NCBI GenBank assembly: GCA_965262725.1
Contig: OZ253555.1
Location: forward strand, 640,001-704,000
Source of the DNA: Dehalococcoidia bacterium
Lineage (GTDB): Bacteria; Chloroflexota; Dehalococcoidia; UBA2979
Length of the DNA: 64,000 nt
Reading direction: 5' to 3'
The notes under the pieces were generated by a model. It saw only the letters and a list, made by a program, of their open reading frames with translations. It did no database searches and was not told where the DNA came from. A program made the translations under genes and the position numbers. Of this stretch, positions 41,739-51,512 are shown piece after piece (position 1 is the first letter of the stretch; every line of letters starts with the position of its first letter).

Positions 41739-42725
41739 TCAGGCGAGCGGGCGTGCACCCCGGAGCGCCTGCGGGGCGAAGCGTCGGCCGCGCTCCCATC
41801 GCCTGAGGCCGAGCGCCGAGACGACCTCCCAGCCGCCGTCCGCAGTGGGGATCAGCACGGCCCCCCGGCCGAAGCCGGCGCGGTAGTGGATCGCCGCCAG
41901 GAGGTCGAGACGGCGGCAGGCGGTGAGCCAGCAGCCGTAGAGGTGGCGTGCCAGCTCGTCCGGCAGCCCGTCCAGCTCGGCGGATTCGAGCAGCTCGATC
42001 GCCCGGGCCGGCTCGCGCCGGTACAGGCGCCGCGCCTCGCGGAGCGCCGCCTCCGCGGCCCTCGTCTTGACGTCCTGTTCGCGCCGCCGTAGCGTTACGA
42101 ACGTACGTTCGAGGTCCGGCACGCTGCTGATTGTCTTTCCTACGGATGACAGCAGCCGCCGGGCCTCACCAATCCTTCCGCCGTCCAGGTGGTCCCCGGC
42201 CAGCTCCAGCTCATCCCGCATCCGCGCCTCCTCTTCCTGCGCCTGCTCCTCCGCCAGCAGTCGGGCGATGTCCTCACGCCCGGCGAGCGTCGCAGCCTCT
42301 CGTTCCAGCACGGCGGCGTGCGCCTCGGCCTGGTTCACGAGCCGCTGAGCCGCCCCCGCCACGCCCTCCGCCCGCTGCCCGGCGGCGGGCTCGAAGGCCG
42401 ACCGCGCGAGTGCGCCGGCACGGCCCGCGGCCTCGCCCAGCTCCGAGGCGACCCCCCGCAGCCGTGCGGCCTCGCTCCGGAGCGCCCTGAGGCGGCCGAG
42501 ACCCTGCTCCGCCTCCCGGCGGCGCTCGCCGTCACGGGCGAGCAGCACCTGCAGCTCGTCGAGCGCCCGCCGCGCCGCCCGCGTGAGCGCCTCGATCTCC
42601 TCCGGTCCGCTGCGCCGGATCACGGGCACGAGCGCCCGCGTCCCGGGGACCGGCCCCGCCTCGGCGAACAACCCGCGGACTCCTGCCAGCTCACCCAGAC
42701 TCGTCAGCACGATTTCCTGCGTCAC
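41739..42725 (-). CDS. Hypothetical coiled-coil protein
   Basis: 328-aa ORF; GTGA overlap with the upstream gene. Confidence 0.7.
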   Translation of the reverse strand: MTQEIVLTSLGELAGVRGLFAEAGPVPGTRALVPVIRRSGPEEIEALTRAARRALDELQVLLARDGERRREAEQGLGRLRALRSEAARLRGVASELGEAAGRAGALARSAFEPAAGQRAEGVAGAAQRLVNQAEAHAAVLEREAATLAGREDIARLLAEEQAQEEEARMRDELELAGDHLDGGRIGEARRLLSSVGKTISSVPDLERTFVTLRRREQDVKTRAAEAALREARRLYRREPARAIELLESAELDGLPDELARHLYGCWLTACRRLDLLAAIHYRAGFGRGAVLIPTADGGWEVVSALGLRRWERGRRFAPQALRGARPLA

Positions 42726-43345
42726 CTTCCATCACTCCTTCCCGCCGCTGCGGCGAATCCGCCGTTGCGGCCCTCGAACGCCTCCAGGGGCGATGCTTCC
42801 TTCTCGAACGGGCCCACCCACGGGGTCGGTTCCGCCGGTGCCGGCTCCGGCGCCGGCTCCTGCTCGGGCCGAACCCGCTCCGGCTCCCGCGGCATGCTCA
42901 CGGGCGTTCCGAGCTGTGGGGCCACGACGCGCTGGAGCTGCTGCCTGAGGGTCGCCAGCAGCTCCTCGTCGTCCACGTCCCGGCCTGATGCCGTCAGCGC
43001 GAGGAAGAGCACGTGCCGCCTGTGGCCCTCTGCGTCCTCGAACACCTGCAGCAGCGACTCCAGCGGACGCTCCTCGAGCGTGACCGTGCGCTGCACCACC
43101 ACGAGCAGGTGCCCGGGCGGTGCCACGCCGAGTCCGCGGAGGTGATCCCGCGTCACGCGTGTGATCGCACGCCTGAGGCGTCGCCCCTGTCTTCCGTCCA
43201 CGTCCGCCTCGACCGTCGGGCGCCACGGCCGCCTGCGTGCGGCACACGCGCTCCGCATCGCCGTGAACCGCCGGCCGCACCCGTTCCGCATGCGGGCCAC
43301 CGGCCCCGCGGCCCGGCCCCTCCGGCCCTTCTTCCTGCCTGCCAT
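42722..43345 (-). CDS. Hypothetical protein, first gene of the operon (start 43345 or 43201)
   Basis: AAGGAG RBS before ATG 43345; in-frame GTG at 43201. Confidence 0.6.
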   Translation of the reverse strand: MAGRKKGRRGRAAGPVARMRNGCGRRFTAMRSACAARRRPWRPTVEADVDGRQGRRLRRAITRVTRDHLRGLGVAPPGHLLVVVQRTVTLEERPLESLLQVFEDAEGHRRHVLFLALTASGRDVDDEELLATLRQQLQRVVAPQLGTPVSMPREPERVRPEQEPAPEPAPAEPTPWVGPFEKEASPLEAFEGRNGGFAAAAGRSDGR

Positions 43346-43427
43346 CCGACTCTCTCCTTCTGCTGCTCCGTCCCGGCTCATCGCGGCGGGACGGCCCTTA
43401 ACTCGATCGCCGAGTCCTCCCCGGCAC

Positions 43428-43462
43428 AGAAAAGCCCCGTGGCACGGGAGCCGTACGGGGCT
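43428..43462 (-). terminator. Terminator-like hairpin at the 3' end of leader RNA copy C
   Basis: AGCCCCGT...ACGGGGCT followed by TTTCT on the minus strand. Confidence 0.55.
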
Positions 43463-43464
43463 GC

Positions 43465-43851
43465 TTCGCCGCCGACACCCGACCCGCGGCACGCGCGGGG
43501 CGATGCCGCAGCTCGCCTCTGCGAGGCCTCGGGTCTCAGTCGTCGCTCGTGGTCGCCTCTATGCGAACCGGGGCCGGTCCGCTTCATTCGTCTTCCTCGG
43601 TGGTCCTCCTCCGTCTGTCGAACCTCTCGGTCCGCCACGTCGCTGTCTCGCTGCCTTCCCTGCTGCTCGTGCACCTCCTCTACCGTCGTTCGTCTCTGGG
43701 TTGCCCTGTCTGCTCGATTCGATGCCTGCCGCGGAGAGCGCTGCTCGTTGCCTCGGGTGAGGGTGATCCGTGCCTGCGTCCCGGATGAGCGATCCGTGCC
43801 GGTTTCTCTTCTCCCTGGAGTTGGCGGTACCGGCGAAACGCACTGCTGACG
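43465..43851 (-). ncRNA. Putative ~390-nt structured leader RNA, copy C (native context)
   Basis: Lies between the TAGCCT box (43858-43863) and the primase operon; near-identical to copy A. Confidence 0.6.
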
Positions 43852-43857
43852 AGGGGA

Positions 43858-44336
43858 AGGCTACGCCCAGACGTTCACAGAAAGTTCCGGCTGCGTTCCA
43901 TGAGAGTTCCAAACGTTCCGGATTTCTTCCGGATTTGTTCCTTTTCCGCCGTGCGGGGCCGATTGGCGCCGCCAGCCCCGTCCCGGAGGGCGCCGCGACT
44001 CCCGGGCTGCGGGAATGACCCGGAACGATGGGCACGGTGGCAGCCGCACGGCCGTGGACGCGGCTCGACCCCGGTCCAGGCTGGTCGCACGAGCGATCAG
44101 CCGCGTGCCGACGGTCCGCTACCTCAGCAGCGCATGGATTGAATCTGGCCACGCGACCGTCGGAACCTCTCCCGGGGCCCCTGCCTGTGGCCCACGCCGT
44201 CCGGTCAGGGCCGTGCGGACCCGCTTGGGCGCCCGCGCACGGGCCGGCCGCGGGCCGGCGGCTTCGCCCGGGCAGGCGACTCCGCCTTCGGGTCGCAGGA
44301 ACGCCCTGTGAACAAATCCGGAACAAATTAGGAGCG
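43858..44336. promoter_or_regulatory. Divergent phased direct-repeat arrays (core GAAC) with TAGCCT -10 box
   Basis: GTTC-type words at 43873, 43884, 43895, 43906, 43915, 43926 and 43937; opposite-facing GAAC/GAGC at 44299, 44310, 44321 and 44332. Confidence 0.7.
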
Positions 44337-44999
44337 GATCTTTGTATTTTGTTTTCTTGAACGGGGTGTGCAGGTCGCGTTCTGGCTCGCTCACGGACGA
44401 TCCGTGCATCCCCACAGCGAGCAGCACGTCCCGGCAGTCGGCTCTGTCCTCAGTGGTAGTGATCCCGCCTCAGCAGACGTGCGGCTTCTTGCGAACTCAC
44501 GGGTGCTGGACGAGTTCACTGCTGGAGTCGGTACCGGTCGGTCGCATGGCGACTCCAGTCACGGGCATGCACGCTCGGCAGAGTGCCGTTCTCGAAGCGC
44601 CCACGGACGAGATGTCAGGAGTGGCGACGACCCTCGTCCTGCTGCGCGAGCGCACCCACGACGTCGTGGTACCGCTGGCCGAGCAGCGCCGCCGACCGAA
44701 GGCTCCGCAGGTGCGCACGACGCCGGCCTGCTCCCCCGAAAGGGGACGTGTTCGCGCGGTGTACGCCATCGCCGTAGCCCAGACCGCTGCCGGCAGCACC
44801 TGCCCGGCACGGCTCCACCGAAGGTCCGGTCCGACGTGGATGCGGGGAGATGCACAGAGGTGCCTCGCTGACTCTGGGATAATGATGTCTGACGGCCTTC
44901 CGCCCCTGACGCCGCTGATCGCCAGGAGTGGCGATCCGCCGGCCATACCGGGGCGGGCGCGCCGAGGAACCGCATTCCGGGACAAGAGGAGAGGATCTG

Positions 45000-45257
45000 A
45001 TGCCCACATTCACGAAGATGGACCCTGCTGATGTCGCCGTCGGCCGCGGGCGCGCCGCCGCGGAGATGCGGAAGCCCTACATCGAGGCGCTGAACGCGGG
45101 CGACGCGGGGAGCGTGGAGCTTGAGCGCGGCGAGAAGCCGGCGACCGTGAAGCGGCTGCTTCAGGAAGCGGCACGTCAGGCGAACGTCCGCATCCGCTGC
45201 TCGTGGGCGGACAGCCAGCAGCGCATGCTGGTGTGGAAGAAGGTTGGCACGCGCTGA
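45000..45257 (+). CDS. Small hypothetical protein (possible DNA-binding)
   Basis: GAGGA RBS; 85 aa; GATAAT upstream and hairpin downstream. Confidence 0.7.
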   Translation: MPTFTKMDPADVAVGRGRAAAEMRKPYIEALNAGDAGSVELERGEKPATVKRLLQEAARQANVRIRCSWADSQQRMLVWKKVGTR

Positions 45258-45633
45258 CGCGGCGCGCGCGGCACCGGAGGGGCTCCAGCGGATCCCGCCT
45301 CGCGGTCGGGACTCCGCCCCGACCTTGCCGCGCGGGGACGTTACGTACATTCCTCTTCACGGCGCTCGCCGGCACGACCGTCCGACGCCGTTGATCCAGG
45401 CCTATGCCCGGCCCAGTGGAGCGCGTGCAAGCGCGCTCGATGACTCGCGACCTGACGCCCCCCGGTGCGGCGCGCGCCGCTTCAGCACTTGGCGGGTCGG
45501 GGACGGTGCCGGGTGCGTTGCTCCGGCGGCCCACCGATCGTGCGGGCGGGGCACCGAAGGGATCGTGTTTCTGAGTGCCGCCCACGAAGAAGATGGCGAC
45601 CGCCCGGGAGGACGAGAACGGGGAGGCCGGAGG

Positions 45634-45837
45634 ATGACCGGGGCCTTCTTCGTCAACGAGGACAAGCCGACCGGCTCGGCGACGGTCCACCAGGCGGGGG
45701 GCCCCTGCCGTGTCCCCCAGCGGAAGCGGGCACGAGATGGGCAATGGCACGGCCCGTTTCGACTCAAGGAGGGGGCCCTGCGAGTTGCCCGTGACGTCGG
45801 CCGCGACGTCTACGAATGCCAGCGCTGTAACCCCTGA
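45634..45837 (+). CDS. Small His/Cys (putative zinc-binding) protein
   Basis: GGAGG RBS; VH....C...WHGPF...CQRC; homologous to the N-terminus of 37396. Confidence 0.7.
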   Translation: MTGAFFVNEDKPTGSATVHQAGGPCRVPQRKRARDGQWHGPFRLKEGALRVARDVGRDVYECQRCNP

Positions 45838-45974
45838 GGCCGCGTCCGCCGTCCTCCCGTGGGCGCGCCCGGGCGGGGTGCTCGGCTGCACATGGCGATT
45901 CGTCGTTCCCGCGGTTGCGTCCGTTGCTCTCGACACGACACGTCCGGTGGCAGGCAGACACGGGGACTGGCGGG

Positions 45975-46868
45975 TCAGCGGCCGGCCATCCGGTCGCCGC
46001 CGGCCGCCGCCACGTCGAAGGGCACATCGATCGTGACGGCCGGCCACAGTCCGATCGAACGGAGGTAGCCGACCACCCGACGCCAGGCCTCGTCGGCGCC
46101 GACGGTCAGCTGCATCATCGCGTTCTGCGGATTGGGAAAGTGCACACCGAACAGCTGGTTGATGAACGGCCGCGCAAACCCTGTCATCTGCGGCGCGCGG
46201 AAGGGTGTGCACGGCACGAACGAGAACGGTGCGGTCGTGATCTGATCGAGCATCCGCCCGTTGTACAGAACCCGGTGCCCGAACTCGACGGAGGCGTTGC
46301 CCCGCATGAGCGAGGTCTCTACGTAGAACCCGTCGATTGCGGCCTCGTCGGCGATGTCGCAGCCGCGACGGCTCATGCCGTACGGGAAGCGCTCCGCAAC
46401 GACGAAGGCGGTATCGAGCATGAAGTCGAACCCGGCCTCGCCCGCGCGGACCGAGCCGAAGAAGATGACATCCCCGTCATCGAGGTCCCGAAGTACCGGT
46501 CGCGCCTCCTGCCGGCAGATCGCGTACCGCATCTGCGACCCGAAGACCCACGGGTCCGTGTTCTGGGCACGCGGCGGTGGCTTTCCCGGTGTGACGAGGC
46601 GGTGTAGCTGCGTCGGTAGTCCTGACTCGCGGGCCGAGAGCGACGTGACGCTCGTCGGAGCTTCCCACTCGCCCCAGAACCCGATCGACTGCGCCGCGGG
46701 CCGGCGCATCCACCGGCCGTCGTCACCGACCGGGATCGCGAGTCGGGCGTCTGCGTTGATGAACTTGCGTGTGTGACCGCGACCCGTGTTCCAGGCGCAC
46801 CGATCATCCTGGAGGGAGCGTGCCGACGGCTCACCGCCGGGATGATTGAAGAGGATCGCGCGTCCCAT
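45975..46868 (-). CDS. Hypothetical protein (FWGEWE / NTDP motifs)
   Basis: 297-aa ORF; HPGGE, HTRKF, FWGEWE, NTDPWVFG...CRQ, GDVIFFGS and LDTAFVV. Confidence 0.7.
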   Translation of the reverse strand: MGRAILFNHPGGEPSARSLQDDRCAWNTGRGHTRKFINADARLAIPVGDDGRWMRRPAAQSIGFWGEWEAPTSVTSLSARESGLPTQLHRLVTPGKPPPRAQNTDPWVFGSQMRYAICRQEARPVLRDLDDGDVIFFGSVRAGEAGFDFMLDTAFVVAERFPYGMSRRGCDIADEAAIDGFYVETSLMRGNASVEFGHRVLYNGRMLDQITTAPFSFVPCTPFRAPQMTGFARPFINQLFGVHFPNPQNAMMQLTVGADEAWRRVVGYLRSIGLWPAVTIDVPFDVAAAGGDRMAGR

Positions 46869-46904
46869 CTGCGGGCTCCCTCCGCGCCGTCCCGGGGAGT
46901 CTAC

Positions 46905-47735
46905 GCCCGGTCCGGGGTCCCGCGCGCACGAGCCGAGCTCCTCGACGCTCCCGCCCTCGTAGAGGACGAGGCTGACGCCCGAGGCGATCTCTCCGCGCAG
47001 GCAGCCCGGCCAGGACTGCGCCGCCACGCCGTCGCGCGACGGGTCGGCCGTGGCCGGTCCGTCGCTCCGGGCGATCACGAGCGCCGTGGCCGGGACGCCC
47101 TCCGCGTACAGCTCGAGGGAGGAGCGGTTCACGAATTCCGGCGCCCCGAGGATGTAGGAGACGTAGGCGCCGCCCTCGAGCTCGTAGAGCGCCGTGACGT
47201 GCCGGCTCTCGGCGCAGCCGACCAGGTCGCCGACGCTTCCCCCCTCGTAGATTGAGGATGCTGAAGCCCACCGCCACGGCGCCCCGCAGGCAGTCCGGCG
47301 CCGGCCCCGCCTCCTCGAACCCGACGTGGTAGACGCGCGTGCGGCTGCCGTCCCCCGAGGTCACCCGTCACCGTGATCTCGCGGAGGTCCTCCAGGGCAA
47401 CCTGGTGGCCCTCCGCCTCCTCGTCGGCATCGGGCGGGTCGATGTCGACGTCGCCGAGGCGATGCAGCGCCTCGGCGGTGACGGTCGTCTCGCTCACGCC
47501 GTCGTCCGCTGCGCCCTCGTAGCCGGTGGTGCCGGGGTCGAACTCCCCGATGTCGACGTCGCTCAGCGTGAGCGAGCTGAGGCGAGCAATGGCGTCGGGC
47601 ATGTTGTAGGTGTAGACGCGATCGTCGCTCTCGACGGCGACGTACATCACGTCGCCGTCGGACCAGATGCCTCGCGGGCTGTTGTTGCTGGCCTTCTTCA
47701 GTTCCCTGGACTCTCCGAACTCCTCGTCGCGGACG
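46905..47735 (-). pseudogene. Fragment of a surface protein with cadherin-like beta-sandwich
   Basis: PRGIWSDGDVMYV, LSSLTLSDVDIGEF and SGDGSRTRVY; several frameshifts. Confidence 0.6.
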
Positions 47736-47739
47736 CGCT

Positions 47740-50460
47740 CCAGCTCCTGTGGGAGATCGCGCGGCGCTGCTACGGCGACGGCAGCCGCTTCGTCGAGATC
47801 TTCGAGGCGAGCCGCGGCCTGCCGATGGAGGGCGGCGAACACTTCAGCGACCCGCGGGTCATCCGGCCCGGCTGGGTGCTGCGCGTGCCGCTGCCCGCGC
47901 TCAACGTGGACGCCGGGGACGACGTCACGACCTACCGCGTGCGCCGCGGCGACCACCTCTGGGGGATCGCCGAGCGCTTCCTCGGCGACGGCTTCCGCTG
48001 GATCGAGATCTGGGAGCACAACAGCGGGCGGGAGGTGGACGCGGGCTCCCGGCTCACCGACCCGAACCAGATCCACCCGGGATGGCTGCTGGAGCTGCCG
48101 CTGCGGGACGGCGAGGCGGCGCTGCGGGCAGAGGCCCGGGCCCCGGCGGCACCCCCCGCGCCTCTCCCGGTGGAGAGCGCGGTCCGGCCGGCCTTCGCGG
48201 ACGCCATGGCTGGTGCTGCCACCCGCGCCGGCACCGTGGCCGCCGGGGACGCCGATGCAGACGCCGGCGTTGCGGATGGCGGTGGTGGCTGGGACTGGGA
48301 ATGGCCGCAGGTGCCGCGAACGGTCACCTGGAGCGCGGCGGGCTTCGCGGTGATCGGCGGCACGGCCATCTTCGTGCAGCGGCTGCACCGCGGAGGCCGG
48401 CTGCGGTTCCGCCCCGGCGGGGGCCGCGGCGGGGACGGTCCGGGCGACGCCGGGCGCGTGGCGCTCGCCACCGGTGCGCTCGGGACGGCGCTCGCGGACC
48501 TTGGCTTCGCTGGCTCGATGCCGCTGCTCGTGCTCGAAGGGGGCTCGGTGCTCGAGTTCACGGTGGCGTGCCCGCCCGGTGACGCCGGCGCCCTCCTCGC
48601 GGCGCGCCATGACCTCGAGCGCCGCCTCGGCTGCGATGTCGAGGCCGCGGCGCACGGCCCCACGCGCGTCGCACTGACGCTGGGTGCGTCCGGGCGGCCT
48701 CCGGGCGGGCTCGGCGAGGCACCGTACGCCTCGCCGGCGCTCGTGGTGCCGGTCGGCGCGACCGACGCGGGCGTCGTCTACCTCAACCTCGCGGCCGCGG
48801 GCAGCGTGACCGTGACCGGCCCGGCCGGGGAGCGGCGGGCACGGCTGCGCTCGTGGGTCGCGACGCTCCAGACGACCTGTAGCCCGGACCAGCTCTCATT
48901 CCGCGTGGACTCCGCCGCCGCCGGGCTGCTCGATGCGGATGAGGGTCTCCTCTACTTCGGCGACGCGGCCGGCGCCCATGGCGCCGCGGACCTGGCGGAC
49001 GAACTGGATGAGATCATCCAGAGCCGGAACTCGGGTCATGGGATGAGCCGGCCGCTCGTCGCCGTCTTCGATCTGACCGGAAGCGGCGACGATGTGCCGG
49101 CCGGAGCGATGCGCCACGGGCCGGCGGCCGGGTCATCGTGATCCGCTGCCTGCCGCCGGGCGAATCCGCGGATCCGCTCACGGACTCCGGAGGGCTGGTC
49201 GCCTTCCGCGGGGCGGGAGACGGAGCGGACGGAGACGCGGACGCAGTCCCGCCCGGTGCGATCGTCCTGAGGATCGGCCGGGACGGGCCGCTGCTGCTCG
49301 AGCGGTGCACGTGCGGCGGGACACGTCGGCCAGGTGGAGCGAGAGCGCGGACCCGGCCGCGCTGACAGACGTGCTCGACCGGATGGCCGGGGATCTGCCA
49401 CCTCCACGGGAGGCGGACGTGAGCACCTCGGCCGACGGACGACCACGGACCGGCGCCGCTCGCGAGGGCGATGCCGAAGGTGTGGGCGCCGCCCTCGCGC
49501 ACCCGGTGATGCCCCGCGACCCGCTCGCCGCGTTCGCGGCGGACGACGGCGTCGGGGACCAGGACGCGGCCTGTGCACCCGTCCAGCCGGACGGCGAGGC
49601 CGAGCCGGATCCTCCCGGGCCCGTGGAGCCTGCGGTCGGGCACGATACCGGGTGCGAGGACGGGTGCGCGTGGCCAGCCGTCCCCGCGGAGCAGGCTGAA
49701 GAGGATGTCTCGCCGCAGGCCGGTGAGGCGCCCGACGAAGCGATCCTCTCCGGCGAAGCCCTGCGGGCCGAGGGCCCGGTGACGCCGCCGGAGCCGCAAC
49801 CGGTGGCGGCGCCGGGCGGTGTCAGCCAGCCCGCGGCCGCGATCCGCCAGTCGGCGCTGCTCACGCACGACGGCCTCCCCGCGGCGGCGGTGGATGCCCC
49901 GACCGCCGCGCAGGCGGTCTTCACGGTGCGGTCTTCGAGCTGCAGCTCGGAACCACGACCGTCGCGGGCTGGCCCATAGCGAAGTCCCGCGAACTGCTGG
50001 CGTTCCTCGCCACGCATGGCGGAACGCCCGTGCCACGCGAGTTCGTCGCCGAGGCGCTGTGGCCGGACCTACCCCTGGGATGCGAGCCTCCGGCACACCA
50101 TCGCGAATGCCGTGAGCAGCCTGCGGGGAGTCGTGCGGTCCGCGGCAGGCAGCGATGAACTTGCAGCCGGTGGTCACCGCCCGCCAGCGATACCAGCTCC
50201 AGACCGCTCTCTTCCGCATCGACCTCGACGAATTCGAGTCCGCGCTCAGGCGCGCGGCCGTGCTCCCCGATGTGGACGCGCTTGCCGAGTACGAGCGCGC
50301 CGCGGCGCTCTGCCGGGGAGACTTGATCGAGGGAGAGCCGTTCCCGTGGCTCGACGCCTGCCGGGCCGACTACCGCCGGCGAGCGGCCGAAGGGGCGAGC
50401 CGCGGCGCGGTGATCGCCGCACGGCTCGGGGAGCGGGAGCGGGCTGCGCTTCTCTACGGG
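47740..50460 (+). pseudogene. LysM-LysM-TM-...-wHTH/BTAD protein (copy 2), 5'-truncated and frameshifted
   Basis: LWEIARRCYGDG...IRPGWVL, YRVRRGDHLWGIAERFLG and ELLAFLA...EALWP; BTAD segment in a shifted frame. Confidence 0.75.
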
Positions 50461-51512
50461 GGAGGCATGGGAGGCGCAGCGGGAGGCGGGCGAGGGAGGA
50501 ACTCCCGAATCCGCCGACCGCTAGTTCGTTCTATGCGCTCGCTTCCCAACGGATCATGTCCGCCTCGTGGGGGCGTGGCGACCGGCGGAGGAACGGTCCC
50601 CTGAGGAACGCGGGTGACCAGCATGCCCGCTCCGCACTGATCGCGAATGACGCCGGGCACGACCTGTGGCGCCCGTGGGGCGCGGTCGAGCGGGTCGCCC
50701 ACGGGGTCACCAACCGCAGGGCGTGGTGATGGGCTCGCGAGCGTCGGACGCCTCCACCGCGTGATCCTCACGCACGAGCCGACCGGCGAGGCGGCGGCGC
50801 GCGGGCTGGTGTGCCAGCTCGAGGCTACGGGGCGGGGCACGGCGACGACCTTCACCGGGCCGGCGCGCCGAAACGGGATCGCTGAGCGCAATCCTAGCGA
50901 ATAGGCTGCGATCAGCCCCGAGCATAGCTTCTTCCTGAGAATCGTTACCGAACTGCCACTAGAAGGGGGCCGATTGTCCACTGAACGTTCATAGCTAGTT
51001 GGTACGCTGCCATGAATGGACCCCGTGCTCCGGGAGGCATTGACGTGGCGCTCGACAGACCAGTCCATGCACCTGAGATGGTGGGCGGAACGACGGCCCG
51101 TGCCGTCGCTCTGGGGTCTCCTGTGCAGGGCGACCTAGCACATACCCCCCTCCCCCCACTTCTGTATCGCCCATGCTTCATCGCGCTTCCTCCTGCATCC
51201 CGTCCCGCCGGGCCGTGCTTCGACGCGGCTCGTGCCGCTTGCGATCGTCGCCGGCCTCACGGGCCGTTCGCGGCGGTGGGCGCGGGCAACGCCGACCGGG
51301 CGGAACACCCCGCGGGTTCTCACTGACCACTCGCCCCCTGCGCCCGCACGGTCCGGTGCCGGCACCGAGGGAGCACGCGTGACCATGCGGGAACGGCCAC
51401 CGGTCGGCTACGCGGTCCCTGACTCACGGGCAGCACCGTCGCACGTCCCGGTCGGGGCGATGCCGACAGCGCGCCGTGCCACTTGGCACGTCGGTGGGGG
51501 AATGGCGGACCG

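Noticed and set aside
43378-43674. Small ORF MHEQQGRQ... inside the leader repeat
   Set aside because: The GTG directly abuts the GGAG, is not conserved in copy B, and the frame ends at different places in copies A and C
44380-44900. Coding region downstream of the divergent array
   Set aside because: No frame gives a recognisable uninterrupted protein
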